A stretch of 57,008 nucleotides of DNA, taken from positions 62,001 to 119,008 of the forward strand of contig CAUYUJ010000051.1 in NCBI GenBank assembly GCA_963575745.1, read 5' to 3'. Numbering within the stretch: the stretch's first letter is position 1; each line of letters starts with the position of its first letter. Made by a program: the position numbers and the translations under genes. The notes under the pieces are model-generated. The model saw only the letters and a program-made list of their open reading frames with translations. It was not told where the DNA came from and ran no database searches. Below, in pieces: positions 22,901 through 32,306 of the stretch. The stretch is from Prorocentrum cordatum. Its lineage: Eukaryota.

Positions 22901-25362
22901 TCCGCCTGCTTCTTGGGCTGCGACGGAGGACCAAAAGCCTTTGGTAGGCTAAGAGTACGTCCCTCAGCTGGCTTGGCAGCCAGAAGTAAATCCAATACAA
23001 TACCGTAATGCGCTTTGCCGCCTTCGCCCACTAAGTCCGTGTCGGCGTGAATGCGGTCCAAGTATTCCAAGGCAGACCCTGAGGCCACAACATAGTCTAG
23101 GAGCGTTCCCTGCCCTCCAGTGTACGTGTAGTCCACGTTGTCTGCCACCAGGATATTGCCTTGGACCAAATTGAGCCACCCGGCCTTGCGGAGGGTATCT
23201 GGAGGAAAATTCCAGTCGCATAAGATGACCCAAGGTGTCGATAAAGAGGAAACGAGTGAGGCCAAATGTCTAAGTTTCTCCACGTTGGCGCCCGTGATGC
23301 CCAGACCATTGTATAGGTAGCCCCCGATAATCGTGAGATGTGCACCTTTCAAAAGCACCTGCATCCCGACCAGATCCTTAAAACGAACTCCAGTGGTAAG
23401 AGCCGCCACGTCCTTCTTGCCTTTATCTGCTCGCTTACCAGGTAGCTCGTCCTTGTTGGAGGCCAAGTGCCTAAGTGACCAAGATGACCATTTCTTTGAG
23501 ACACCCATCGCGACACCACCAGCTTTCTTCGTGAAGATAGCCGACTCAGCACCCGCTGGGCACACCATACTTTTGTAACCAGCTTTATCAAACTCCACCA
23601 AGACGTCATTGGTTTCGGCCATGTCCATGTGGGTCTCCTGGATGATGACCGCGTCGTAGGACCGTTTCAACAGCGCCTTGGCCGACGTACCCCAGGTCGA
23701 CATGTTACGCATGTACACCCGAAACTGTGCACCATCTCCCATGTCAGCCTTTGCCTCCTTCTCGGTACTCTGAGTGGCCACAATAGCTTGTATGACCCAG
23801 TCCCAGAAGATGCACATTCGATCCTGAGCCTGATCGTCCTCCATGTCGCCGTCAGCTTGATCAGGAAAGAAACGATCTGGAGGAACTCGATTCCCAAGAA
23901 GGCGTCGAAACCGTCGGCGCAGCTCACTAAGGTCGTCGAAGTGCCATCGCAGGAATCTCCTGTAGCGCCTAGGGTTCCTGATGGAATTGAGCGTGTTGAA
24001 GAAGAAAGCCCTGTGCGGCTCCGCTGTAACCCATGCGCGTGTGCATAAATGTTCTGCGATGTCCTGCAACGACATGCGGTAGTAATTCTCCAGGTTCTGA
24101 CGGAGGCCGCGCATAGACCGACGTGAGAGCGATGCCACAGTGTACGGAACACACCACTCCTTCCAGTGCTCCAAAGAATTGTAGCGCTCGCCTCTGATGT
24201 CGTGGACCCACCTGGACGCGGCAGCCGTCATATCATACCTCAGATCTCGCCGCTCTCTGGCTCGATCCACTCTGGGAAGTTGAGGAGGTCGTGGCCGTCG
24301 ATCTCGAAGTTCAGAGCCTAAGTCAGCGTAGAGCTCCCAGGTAACCTTCCAGCCACTTGCCTCAATCGTGCCCTCGAGGAGAAGGAGACTGTCGTGCTTC
24401 GCGAACAGAGACCTTTCCTTGCCAACAGAGATCCGTGGCCAGTTTCCAACCCGAGCCAGCCCAGCAAGTGGCAACGACGAACGTGGCGACGTCGAACCTG
24501 GGTGTCCAGGATTTTGCATTCTGACGCCCGCCTGGAAAGAATCTGCCTGTGCCGTCGACTGCGATAAAAACATACCGCGGCCGAAATGGTTAATTGCCTC
24601 AAAGTGCTGCTGCGACACAAGCTGATCTGTCCAGGAATCTTGAAAGTTGACGCTGTCAAAAGTACGAGATAACTTCGAACCATGCCAGTGCCAAGCAGAT
24701 GTCTCAAGTGGAGTCGCCCCTTGCGAATAAAAACTACTGGGGCTGCTATTCCCAACCAACAATTCAGGGGTCCCGAGAGAAACCACCCCCTGCATCCCAC
24801 CATCTGGGTAATTGAAGTAACCACCACCAGAAAGCCCAAGAGAGGCTGCCATTTGAGACGCACGATCGTCCCAGAAAAAGCAAACCTGGTCCTCCCAGAT
24901 CGTGCCAAGGGTCCCGAGAGGGGCCACCCCTTGGTAGGCATGCTCCTCCAACGAGCTGCAGAAAGCCTCTGACTCGAACTTGCCAGGGGTCCCGAGAGGG
25001 GCCACCCCCTGGTATGCAGTCTCATCTGTGGAGCCGTGGACCGAGGCCTCCCAGTCCGTGCCAAGGGTCCCGAGAGGGGCCACCCCTTGGTATGCAACCT
25101 TATCTGTGGAGCAGTAGATCGTGTCATACCCGTCCGTGCCAAGGGTCCCATGAGGGGCCACCCCTTGGTATGCTAGTAAGCTGTCGTCGCCCTGGCCGAC
25201 GTTCGTGACAGGGGTCTCGAATGGAGCCACCCCCTGCAGTAAACTCGTGCCGCCGAAGTCCAGGCCAGGGGTCCCAGGAGGGGGCCACCCCCTGGAATAA
25301 CCTCCTGGAAGTCCAAGTTGATGCCGTACTTGCAGTAGATCTGCCCGACTTGCCCTCTTCAC
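19942..25362 (-). CDS. LINE-B ORF2: N-terminal extension, AP-like endonuclease, reverse transcriptase, Cys/His finger
   Basis: 1806-codon open frame; APE (~22990-23730) IIQETH, GGVAM, GGYLYN, CDWNFPP, LLDYVV; RT (~20860-21760) DRAIGIL, WDIEGFYD, SMIAG, SWVDD, DLGID; CQRC...HRSWSC. True start codon unknown. Confidence 0.93.
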   Translation of the reverse strand: MKRASRADLLQVRHQLGLPGGYSRGWPPPGTPGLDFGGTSLLQGVAPFETPVTNVGQGDDSLLAYQGVAPHGTLGTDGYDTIYCSTDKVAYQGVAPLGTLGTDWEASVHGSTDETAYQGVAPLGTPGKFESEAFCSSLEEHAYQGVAPLGTLGTIWEDQVCFFWDDRASQMAASLGLSGGGYFNYPDGGMQGVVSLGTPELLVGNSSPSSFYSQGATPLETSAWHWHGSKLSRTFDSVNFQDSWTDQLVSQQHFEAINHFGRGMFLSQSTAQADSFQAGVRMQNPGHPGSTSPRSSLPLAGLARVGNWPRISVGKERSLFAKHDSLLLLEGTIEASGWKVTWELYADLGSELRDRRPRPPQLPRVDRARERRDLRYDMTAAASRWVHDIRGERYNSLEHWKEWCVPYTVASLSRRSMRGLRQNLENYYRMSLQDIAEHLCTRAWVTAEPHRAFFFNTLNSIRNPRRYRRFLRWHFDDLSELRRRFRRLLGNRVPPDRFFPDQADGDMEDDQAQDRMCIFWDWVIQAIVATQSTEKEAKADMGDGAQFRVYMRNMSTWGTSAKALLKRSYDAVIIQETHMDMAETNDVLVEFDKAGYKSMVCPAGAESAIFTKKAGGVAMGVSKKWSSWSLRHLASNKDELPGKRADKGKKDVAALTTGVRFKDLVGMQVLLKGAHLTIIGGYLYNGLGITGANVEKLRHLASLVSSLSTPWVILCDWNFPPDTLRKAGWLNLVQGNILVADNVDYTYTGGQGTLLDYVVASGSALEYLDRIHADTDLVGEGGKAHYGIVLDLLLAAKPAEGRTLSLPKAFGPPSQPKKQADPNSKRSRKLVVVATPTSARPRIAKLGERRRLGIKSPPPFNFLGPMDLGEDSESDEGEPDDDEPLPDEPEDQDEGLVPPGGGAGLGVKWSVDQRADLWSSISIPQDHRWSEPPPCVTDSHAWRLTSDSAGKLGIAFGEWAGKVEEFFSHLLDGEGLDKDSKAHRGRGLARLTRTHKVVPSPPFTRTRDPGVDWWAKIAFLLEELDRASSKRESPRFGKLITRLREATAWVPSSTLASLPHKEKTAWRRKLRQLNIATNDTIRRYKDESSKIAASLQRMECYSQYLAFSQWAEEQYVAAPGKLFRLIKDKATSKDEFEEGQVISSDPLTAMDIRAKVWKKKWSDRQLDIGQVTILLGRARARAREDAFPVFDLETLEDGIRRMKGTSAKGIEQLGKRDLVWLPEQGKQELVQLFQLIEQSVAWPWQLTVVLVTLLRNPSGDDRAIGILSTLARLWSSCRGEYRASWTKAKAGHWDAAVAGSSALREALARSYLDETVALTTIKDWVQASVLWDIEGFYDALKWQLLLETGMEHDFPPCILALEMILHMGVRFLRDSGYYSDAIIPEQSMIAGLGGAVGFSRCSLYNILDRVAQGSPGVTVRSWVDDVSQRVEGRYKRVLGLALQAGLTFAKGCSEAGLVISAKSTIVTNNAGLGKELKRGFAKEGFEVKIESVATDLGIDRGTVGFRRPKQAQRRRGAQQRFTRVKRFAQGAVRKKIGAKLAMMGVLPMADYSDKVFGAAPPVINGWRKALGQTLAKKWPSRCLTTLLQLRVGRKDPQYQIVHRLVESWLSIIFKPGFDLELARRTWRTARRRIDSRDLKDRWRGITGVVSATIATLLDIGWDPVGPWAWISDLGERFMAPDRIIGQGPQDMSALKDAISDTIDRMLWDKASRHWNGKGLEEGADVCEARRHLTSLKKKGEFEMAGAIETVMTGASWTRSRISTLSSSNLDTTECQRCKCGLEETDLHRSWSCSCNDVFSSVSFKLA
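24695..25295 (-). repeat. Array of 9 hairpin repeats (~30 nt; five at exact 78-nt period) at LINE-B ORF1/ORF2 junction
   Basis: Copies at + coordinates 24695 (degenerate), 24765, 24827 (degenerate), 24905, 24983, 25061, 25139, 25209, 25265; sense consensus CCARGGG-GTGG-CCC-N5-GGG-A-CCCYTGG; translates as QGVAPLGT(L/P) repeats. Confidence 0.92.
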
Positions 25363-26704
25363 TGGCCTCCCCCTGCGCTGCTACCTGCCCAGGGCGGGGC
25401 GGGAGCCAGGGTTCTGCCGAGGGTGGGCTGCTAAACTGTCGACTGTCTGCCAACTGCACCTGCCCTCTTCCTGGCCAGCGCTTCGTCCATGATGGTGCGG
25501 AGCTCCGTCTGCTTGCCGCCGACCAAAGGAGATGCCCTCGCCCAGGAAAATTTTCCAGCCGCCCCTGTCTGAGTCGGTGCCGTAGGTGGCCCACCGCAGG
25601 GCCTGTGGCTGAGGTGGCCGTAGCCTCAGCGCCACCTGCATCACCAGATCCTCCTTCGCCTGGATTGGCCGCCGAAGCAGGCGGGCACGAACTGGATTTG
25701 CGCTTCTTGGCCTGTTGCCAAGATCCGATCTCCTCCACCTTCTTCTGCTGCTGCGAGGCCAAATTCTCCACCACCTTGCGGAACTGCGAGTCCAAAGCCG
25801 CACGGAACTCCGTCTCGAAATTGTTTTTTTTGCGCCGTTCGAACTCCTCACGATCGCTATCCTCAAGGTCCACGTCGTCGAAGAGCCCCCCGAAGCTGAG
25901 GTTGAGCTCCGCCTTTTGGTCCAGAAACTGACGGACGTCCAGAAACTGACGGACGTCCAGCTTCCCCAACTCAGATGGAGACGAAGGCGGGGCAGGCGCC
26001 AGCTCTTTGGCCACGAGCTCCTGCGCCACAATAGCATCTGCCAAGTTGCTCGCACAATCTCGGTAGAATCCCATAGCTTCTCCCAGCTCTTGCTCGAGAC
26101 GGAGAACACGCTTTGCCACCTTGTCCATGCTGGCCTCGGCCCGCTCAACCTTCTGCGACGCCTCCGTGAGCCTGACAGATGCAGGCTTCGATGGTGCAGC
26201 AGCGGGAATTTGGTTGACCAAGGTATCACGAAGTAACTTTGCCTGCTCAGCTGCTGCACCTCCCTTAGCGATAATGCGCTCCAAGGCCGCCTTTTCCCCG
26301 TCCGAGGCCCCAGAACCATGAAGAGCGTCTGCTGGTTGCGGTGCCCCACCTCCTGGTCCTGCGGGCTTACGTCCTTTGAGGAAACAGCCGCAGTACTGGC
26401 AGGTGTAGTCGAATTTCTCCAGCAGGTCATTGTAGCAGAACTTCCCACAAACTTTGCACCAGGTCGCATCTCGTCCAAGCTTGGGAAGAGCGATGCGCTG
26501 CGAGATGTTCTGTCGAAGATCTGCTCGAGGGGTCGCTGGTCGCCAAGGCTGCATCTTGAAATTGCCGTATGCGTTCGAGCTACCATCCCCAAGACTGGGC
26601 CCCTGGTCGCTGAGAGACATACTTGCGCCTGCCGTGGTCGAAGATTGATACCACGGTGCTCTGCTCTGCCAAGACTTATACTGCTGACGCCCTCCTTTCC
26701 CCAT
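25124..26704 (-). CDS. LINE-B ORF1 (C4 zinc finger + coiled coil; putative RNA chaperone)
   Basis: ATG at 26704 (MGKGGRQQY); WCKVC..TCQYCG finger; coiled coil ASQKVERAEASMDKVAKRVLRLEQEL; 18-bp internal duplication (LDVRQF x2). A frameshift near 25590 is possible, which would end it near 25430. Confidence 0.8.
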   Translation of the reverse strand: MGKGGRQQYKSWQSRAPWYQSSTTAGASMSLSDQGPSLGDGSSNAYGNFKMQPWRPATPRADLRQNISQRIALPKLGRDATWCKVCGKFCYNDLLEKFDYTCQYCGCFLKGRKPAGPGGGAPQPADALHGSGASDGEKAALERIIAKGGAAAEQAKLLRDTLVNQIPAAAPSKPASVRLTEASQKVERAEASMDKVAKRVLRLEQELGEAMGFYRDCASNLADAIVAQELVAKELAPAPPSSPSELGKLDVRQFLDVRQFLDQKAELNLSFGGLFDDVDLEDSDREEFERRKKNNFETEFRAALDSQFRKVVENLASQQQKKVEEIGSWQQAKKRKSSSCPPASAANPGEGGSGDAGGAEATATSATGPAVGHLRHRLRQGRLENFPGRGHLLWSAASRRSSAPSWTKRWPGRGQVQLADSRQFSSPPSAEPWLPPRPGQVAAQGEASEEGKSGRSTASTASTWTSRRLFQGVAPSWDPWPGLRRHEFTAGGGSIRDPCHERRPGRRQLTSIPRGGPSWDPWHGRV

Positions 26705-26826
26705 GAAGAAAGAATATGTAGTAGGAAACCTGTGGTGATCAGGCTCCTGAAAGCAATTGAGAACTGGCTGCGGACTAGCAGCTTCCACTTCGGCACGGAG
26801 GCGCGGAGCCCCCTGAGTGCAACCAT

Positions 26827-26863
26827 CTTGAGCCAAAATGGCTTGAGCCAAAATGGCTACGGA
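26827..26863 (-). other. Full DinoSL (26842-26863) followed by 15-nt relic SL (26827-26841) at 5' end of LINE-B
   Basis: Minus strand reads TCCGTAGCCATTTTGGCTCAAG-CCATTTTGGCTCAAG-ATGG. Confidence 0.97.
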
Positions 26864-27070
26864 GGAGGAGGAGGAGGAGGAGGAGGAGGAGGAGGAGGAG
26901 GAGGAGGAGGAGGAGGAGGAGGAGGAGGAGGAGGAGGAGGAGGAGGAGGAGGGAGGGGGAGGAGGAGGAAGGAGGAGGAGGAGGAGGAGGAGGAGGAGGA
27001 GGAGGAGGAGGAGGAGGAGGAGGAGGAGGAGGAGGAGGAGGAGGAGGAGGAGAGGAGGAGGAGGAGGGGG
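26864..27070 (+). repeat. (GAG)n microsatellite (polypyrimidine CCT on the LINE-B sense strand)
   Basis: Read directly. Confidence 0.95.
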
Positions 27071-29713
27071 AGGATGGGGACGGGGGGGGGGGGGGGGGAA
27101 GGCGGGGGAGGGGGAGGAGGGTGCGGAGAGGCAGCAGGAGGAGGCGGAGGGGGAGGAGCAGGACGGGGAGGAGGTCGGATGTTTGGGCTAAGGCCATATA
27201 TTTGGACCTGTGCCTGCTCATGCCGTGTTCGGAGCTGTCCCGTGGCCACGGTTAGAACCTAAGCGCCTGCGAAGCGCGCGCGTGGTTTTAGTATGCACAC
27301 ATATATTTACATACATCTATACATATTTATAGATGTATATATATGTATATATGTATATATATGTATCCCTGCCACTATGCTTGGTTTCGCCTAGTCTCGA
27401 AGCCAGCCCTTGGGGTCCCTTCAGTTTCGGCTGGCGCAATCTTAAGATTATCATCGCTATTTGGCTTGTCAACCTTCGGGGTCGGGATACGTTCGAGGCT
27501 GGTTATCCGACGGGTCGTGCTGTCCCCCACCTCCCTGGCGCAGTAAAAAAACACACGGGGGGCGGTTTTGGCAGTTTTCAGCGCCTGGAGGCCTTGACTC
27601 CTTCGAGTAACGGCTTGGGTTGACAAATTTGGTGTCAGGAAAAAGGGGCCAGGAGGTCGGGCACAAAAGGTTTAAGTAGGGGTGGCCTCGCTTGAAGGGG
27701 GACGCAGCAATGGTGGGATTGGTGGAACAGGAACGCGTTTGAACAAATCCCGCACTTTTCTTTCTGCTCGGCGTTGGGCGCGGCGTGGCAGGATGAGGAG
27801 GACGAGGAGGAAAAGGAGGAGGAGGAGAAGGACAGTGCGTGCAGGTGGTGACTGGCCGCGGTGACGATGGTGATGGTTTTGGTGGTGGGGATGGTGGGGA
27901 TGATGGTGGTGATGATTCCGTTGTTGGTGATGGTGAGAGGAATAATGGTACCGACGGCGGTGGTGAAGGTAGTGATGGTGGCGATGGTGGTGGTGGTGTT
28001 GGTTCTGATGGTTGTTATTCGGATGCTGGTGGTTTTTGGTGATTATGGTGCTGGTGCTGGTGATGATGGTTGTGTTAACAGCGACAGTGACTTCGGCGAA
28101 CGCGCTGGTGTTGACTGTGGTGATGCTCTTGTTGCGGATGAGGATGTCGCTAACCATTATGATGGCGATGGTTGTGAATGTGACATTGCTGACGGTGATT
28201 TTGCAGTGTTGACTGGTGGCGGTGATGTACATGACGATGAGGCGGAACTTCAGACGGAAGAAGAAGAGGATGACTACTGCAAAGCCAACGCGCCCCAACG
28301 ATGTTGCAATCAACCTCCGTCCATTCTTTTAAAAGGTCCCATCCAACACATTGTTTTCATTGTGGGACATGCCCCATTGAAGGACAACTTTCGGAATGAT
28401 GTAACGGCATAGTTTCTGAGTTCAGCGCTGCCAGTCAATCTGATTGTTGCGTCCTGCCATTCACTTCAACACCGTGGATCGGGTGGTTGTTGCCCCTTGA
28501 CAATCTTACATCGCCCTGGCAGCCATTTCAGGGACCTCAGGTTTACGAATCATTTCAAAGGCTGCAAACTAAATGACGAAGTGCCCCGCGTTTAAGCGAG
28601 ACCTACATGTTGTGAATTCCTTCCCACCCACCCTGGAAGTTGTTGCAATATTTCAAGGCGAATGTTGGCATTGATAAGGCGAGGGGCACATTAGGAAAAC
28701 GATCCGCCCTCCATCTTTGAAGCGGTTGCGCTTGTTAATCTTAAATATACCCAGGGTTTTTTTAGCGTTTTCAGTTCGGCGTCTTGGACATGTTTTACAG
28801 CGTTGTCAAGTCTCAACAACAAACTGAAAACGCTATTAACATAATGCGTTATTTTAGCGTTACCAGACCATGTTTTACCGCTTTCAGGTCCGTGGATTGC
28901 ATGTTTCCTTCTCTTTGCGTATCCCATCGTCTTCTTTTTGCAAGTTTGCTTTTCTGTGGCCGTCGCCGGAGTGCCAGATGGCGCGCCTGTTTCGCGCCAG
29001 CGTTAATTTGGTGTCACAGCGTTTTTTGGGTTTGCATTGTTAGGGGGGGCAAGGCGAATGGTGGCAGGGCGGGGAGCGCGGAAGCCAAGCTGACAGAGAA
29101 GACAAGGAGGAGCCTTAGACGATAATGCAAAATAGCGCAACAAAAGGCTGCACCACTGCGGCAGACCTCACAGCGCACCAAAAACGGATTTTAAAGCGCT
29201 AAAGCAACGTAGTGTGTCAGAACCCCCAACTGGAAAACGCCCCCCAAACGCCCGGGGAGTTTTTTAGATGAACCAAGACGGCTGCACATTTCAAATTTCA
29301 TGAACATACATGGCGAGGAAGTCTCAGGCGAAACGCCAGGCCCGTCCGCAACACGTCTGAGGGCGCGACACACAGGAATTATATATCAGGAAAAATGAAT
29401 ATGGAGGAAGAGGAGGGAGAGGAACTGGAGATGGGGGAGGAGGATGTGGGAGGAGGAGGATGAGGAGGAGGAGAAGGTGGGAGGTGGTGCGTGAGGAGGT
29501 GGGAGGAGGAGGAGGAGGAGGAGGAGGAGGAGGAGGACGAGGAGGAGGATGAGGAGGAGGAGAATCAGGACGAGGAGGAGGAGGAGGAGGAGGACGAGGA
29601 GGAGAGGGAGGAAGAGGAGGAGTGGAAGGAGGAAAAGGAGGAGGAAAAGGAGGAGGAGGACGACGAGGTGTAGGAAGCTTAAAATGCGGGCGTTCGTACC
29701 CCTCTCCGCGCAG

Positions 29714-29746
29714 GAGTCTAAGGACTTGGACAAGGCCACGGCGGAG
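29714..29746 (+). CDS. Host gene exon D: ESKDLDKATAE
   Basis: CAG acceptor, AG|GC donor, in-frame continuation of exon C. Confidence 0.78.
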
Positions 29747-29964
29747 GCCCGGATGCGCGCACGGCGCTGGCGTTGCGGGCGGGGGGCCGACGAGGCCATT
29801 CGCCGAAGGTTCGCCGCCCTCTCGATGCGGCGGCCACGCCAGCGCTCAGGGTCGAATGCCCTCTGGGGGTCCCCTCGGGAGGGCCTTCGGAAAACAATCA
29901 CTGTTGGAGGCGGGAGGGAGGAAGGGAGGACCAGGGCGAAGTGGAGGGGTGAAGAGGTTATCGA

Positions 29965-30309
29965 AGATGATGGTGTTGGCGATGATGATGGTGATGATGA
30001 GGATGATGATGATAACGATGATGATCATGATCATGATGCTGAAGATGATGCTGCTGCTGCTGATTATGCTGATTATGATGACGATGCTGATGCTGCTGCT
30101 GATAAGGATGATGACAATGCTGATGCCGATGTTGGTGGTGGTGATGATGATGCTGATGATGATGCTGATGGTGATGATGCTGATGATGCTGCTGGTGATG
30201 ATGCTGATGATGATGACGATGACGATGGTGATGGTGATGGTGATGGTGATAATGAGGATGAGGATGAGGATGATGATGTTAATGATGATGATGATGAAGG
30301 TTGTGGTGG

Positions 30310-30344
<35 letters not shown>

Positions 30345-31835
30345 ATGTTCATGATGGTGATGATAATGATGATGATGATGACGATGATGGTGATGATGAG
30401 GATGAGGATGAGGATGATGGTGATGAGGATGAGGATGGGGATGAGGATAAGGATGAGGATGCTGCTGCTGCTGATGATGATGATGCTGATGATGACGATG
30501 ATGATGCTGCTGATGATGATGATGATGATGATGCTGATGATGATGATGATGATGATGATGATGNNNNNNNNNNNNNNNNNNNNNNNNNNNNNNNNNNNNN
30601 NNNNNNNNNNNNNNNNNNNNNNNNNNNNNNNNNNNNNNNNNNNNNNNNNNNNNNNNNNNNNNNTGGAGAGGATGAGGAGGGAAACGGGGGGTGAGGAAGG
30701 AGGGTTGTGAGGAGGAGGAGGAGGAGGAGGAGGAGGAGGAGGAGGAGGAAGAAGAAGAAGAAGAAGAATACGAAGAAGCAGAATAAGACGAAGAATAAGA
30801 AGAAGAATAATACTACGAATAATAAGAATAATACGAAGAATGATAAGAATAAGAAGAAGAATACGAAGAAGAAGAATAATATTAATAATAAGAATAATAA
30901 GAAGAAGACGAATAAGAATAATAATAATAAGAAGAATAATAATAAGAATACGAATAATACTAATAATAATAAGAAGAAGAATAAGAAGAATAAGAATAAT
31001 AATAATAATAAGAAGCATACTACTAAGAATAATACTAATAATAATAAGAAGACGAATAAGAATAAGAAGAAGAATAAGAAGAATAACAATAATAATAAGA
31101 AGAATAATAATAAGAAGAAGAAGAAGAATAAGAAGAGGAGGAGGAGGAGGAGGAGGAGGAGCAGCAGGAAGAGGAGGAGCAGGAGCAGGAGGAGCAGGAG
31201 GAGGAGGAGGAAGAGGAGGAGTTGGAGCAGGAACAGGAGCAGTTGCAGGAGGAGGAGGAGGAGGAGGAGGAGGAGGAGGAGGAGGAGGAGGGGGAGGAGA
31301 AGGAGGAGGAGGAGGAGGAGGAGGAGGAGGAGGAGGAGGAGGAGGAGGAGGAGGAGGAGGAGGAGGAGAGGGGGGAGGAGGAGGAGGAGGAGGAGGAGGA
31401 GGAGGATAGGAGGAGGAGGAGGAGGAGGAGGAGGAGGAGGAGGAGGAGGAGGAGGAGGAGGAGGAGGAGGAGGAGGAGGAGGTTGAGAGGAGGAGAGGAG
31501 GCGGAGGGGGAGGAGGAGGAGGAGGAGGAGGCGGAGGAGGAGGAGGAGGAGTGGAGGAGGCGGAGGAGAAGAAGGAGGGGAGAGGAGCAGGAGGAGGAGG
31601 AGGAGGAGGAGGAGAGAGCAGGAGGAGGAGGAGGAGGAGGAGGAGGAGGAGGAGGAGGAGGAGGAGAGGAGAGGAGGAGGAGGAGGAGGAGGAAGAGGAG
31701 GAGGAGAGGAGGAGGAGGAGGAGGAGGAGGAGGAGGAGGGGAGGAGGTAGGAGGAGGAGGAGGAGAGGAGGAGGAGGAGGAGGAGGAGGAGGAGGAGGAG
31801 GAGGAGGAGGAGGAGGAGGAGGAGGAGGAGGAGGA
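29965..31835 (+). repeat. Compound microsatellite: degenerate (GAT)n, (GAA/TAA)n at ~30748-31135, (GAG)n
   Basis: Read directly. Confidence 0.95.
30564..30663. other. Assembly gap (100 N)
   Basis: Run of N. Confidence 1.
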
Positions 31836-32141
31836 GAGGGGCGCCCCCTGGGCCTGCCGCTCGTGCGAGACTCCGCTCCGTAGAGGGTCCTTGGTCTATG
31901 TCCTGCTTGCCGAAGCAGTGCGTGCTTGCACTGACTTCGGGGGCGGATATCATGGCGCGGGCCATGATATCTCCGCAGATTTCATGGCGCCTCTTCTTGT
32001 TTCATTACGTCCCAGGCCCCCCCCGCTGGGCCGCGCACATGCCGCCGGTCATGATTTGCACCCCCCCTCTTGGACTCCCCCCTCTTGGCCGCTCCCGATG
32101 ACCTCGGTCGGGGGCGGCCAAGAAGGGGGTGTTGACTCGGG

Positions 32142-32306
32142 TGAAGTCGGGCCTGCCCCTCTACAGGAGGATAATTCAGAAGTGGTAAAACAAGTAGTCT
32201 GGGGACGACTTGTTTTTTGGTCATTGTTGACCATTGGTTTGAATTTTTCGGGGTATGTTTTATTTTCTGTCCAAAATCCACCTGTAGAGGGACATGCCCG
32301 ACCTAA
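32142..32306. mobile_element. ~165-bp MITE (AGTCGGGC..CCCTCTACAGG TIR family)
   Basis: ~28-bp TIRs; homologous copy at 37137-37296; lies between ~140-bp direct repeats (~31945-32090 and ~32360-32495). Confidence 0.7.

Larger units (their letters stand above)
18381..26863 (-). mobile_element. LINE-B: near-intact ~8.5-kb non-LTR retrotransposon, SL-capped, within a (CCT)n/(GAG)n tract, antisense in a host intron
   Basis: 5' SL + relic SL, ORF1, long ORF2 (APE, RT, Zn finger, RNase H), 3' UTR ending ...GGAGTACTAAATA followed by (CTC)n; pure GAG repeats on both flanks. Confidence 0.95.

Noticed and set aside
24695..25295. CRISPR array (palindromic repeats with spacers)
   Set aside because: Linkers are diverged homologues of each other (e.g. 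CACGGAC..GCTCCACAGAT..GCATA twice), the array is inside a eukaryotic LINE reading frame, and no cas genes are present.
25381..26826. 481-aa overlapping ORF starting at the ATG right after the relic SL
   Set aside because: Arg/Ser/Trp-rich shadow frame of ORF1 with no motifs. A regulatory upstream-AUG role cannot be excluded.
27428..27500. tRNA or tRNA-derived SINE (TGGCGCAATC...GTTCGAGGC)
   Set aside because: A/B-box resemblance only; I could not build a cloverleaf.
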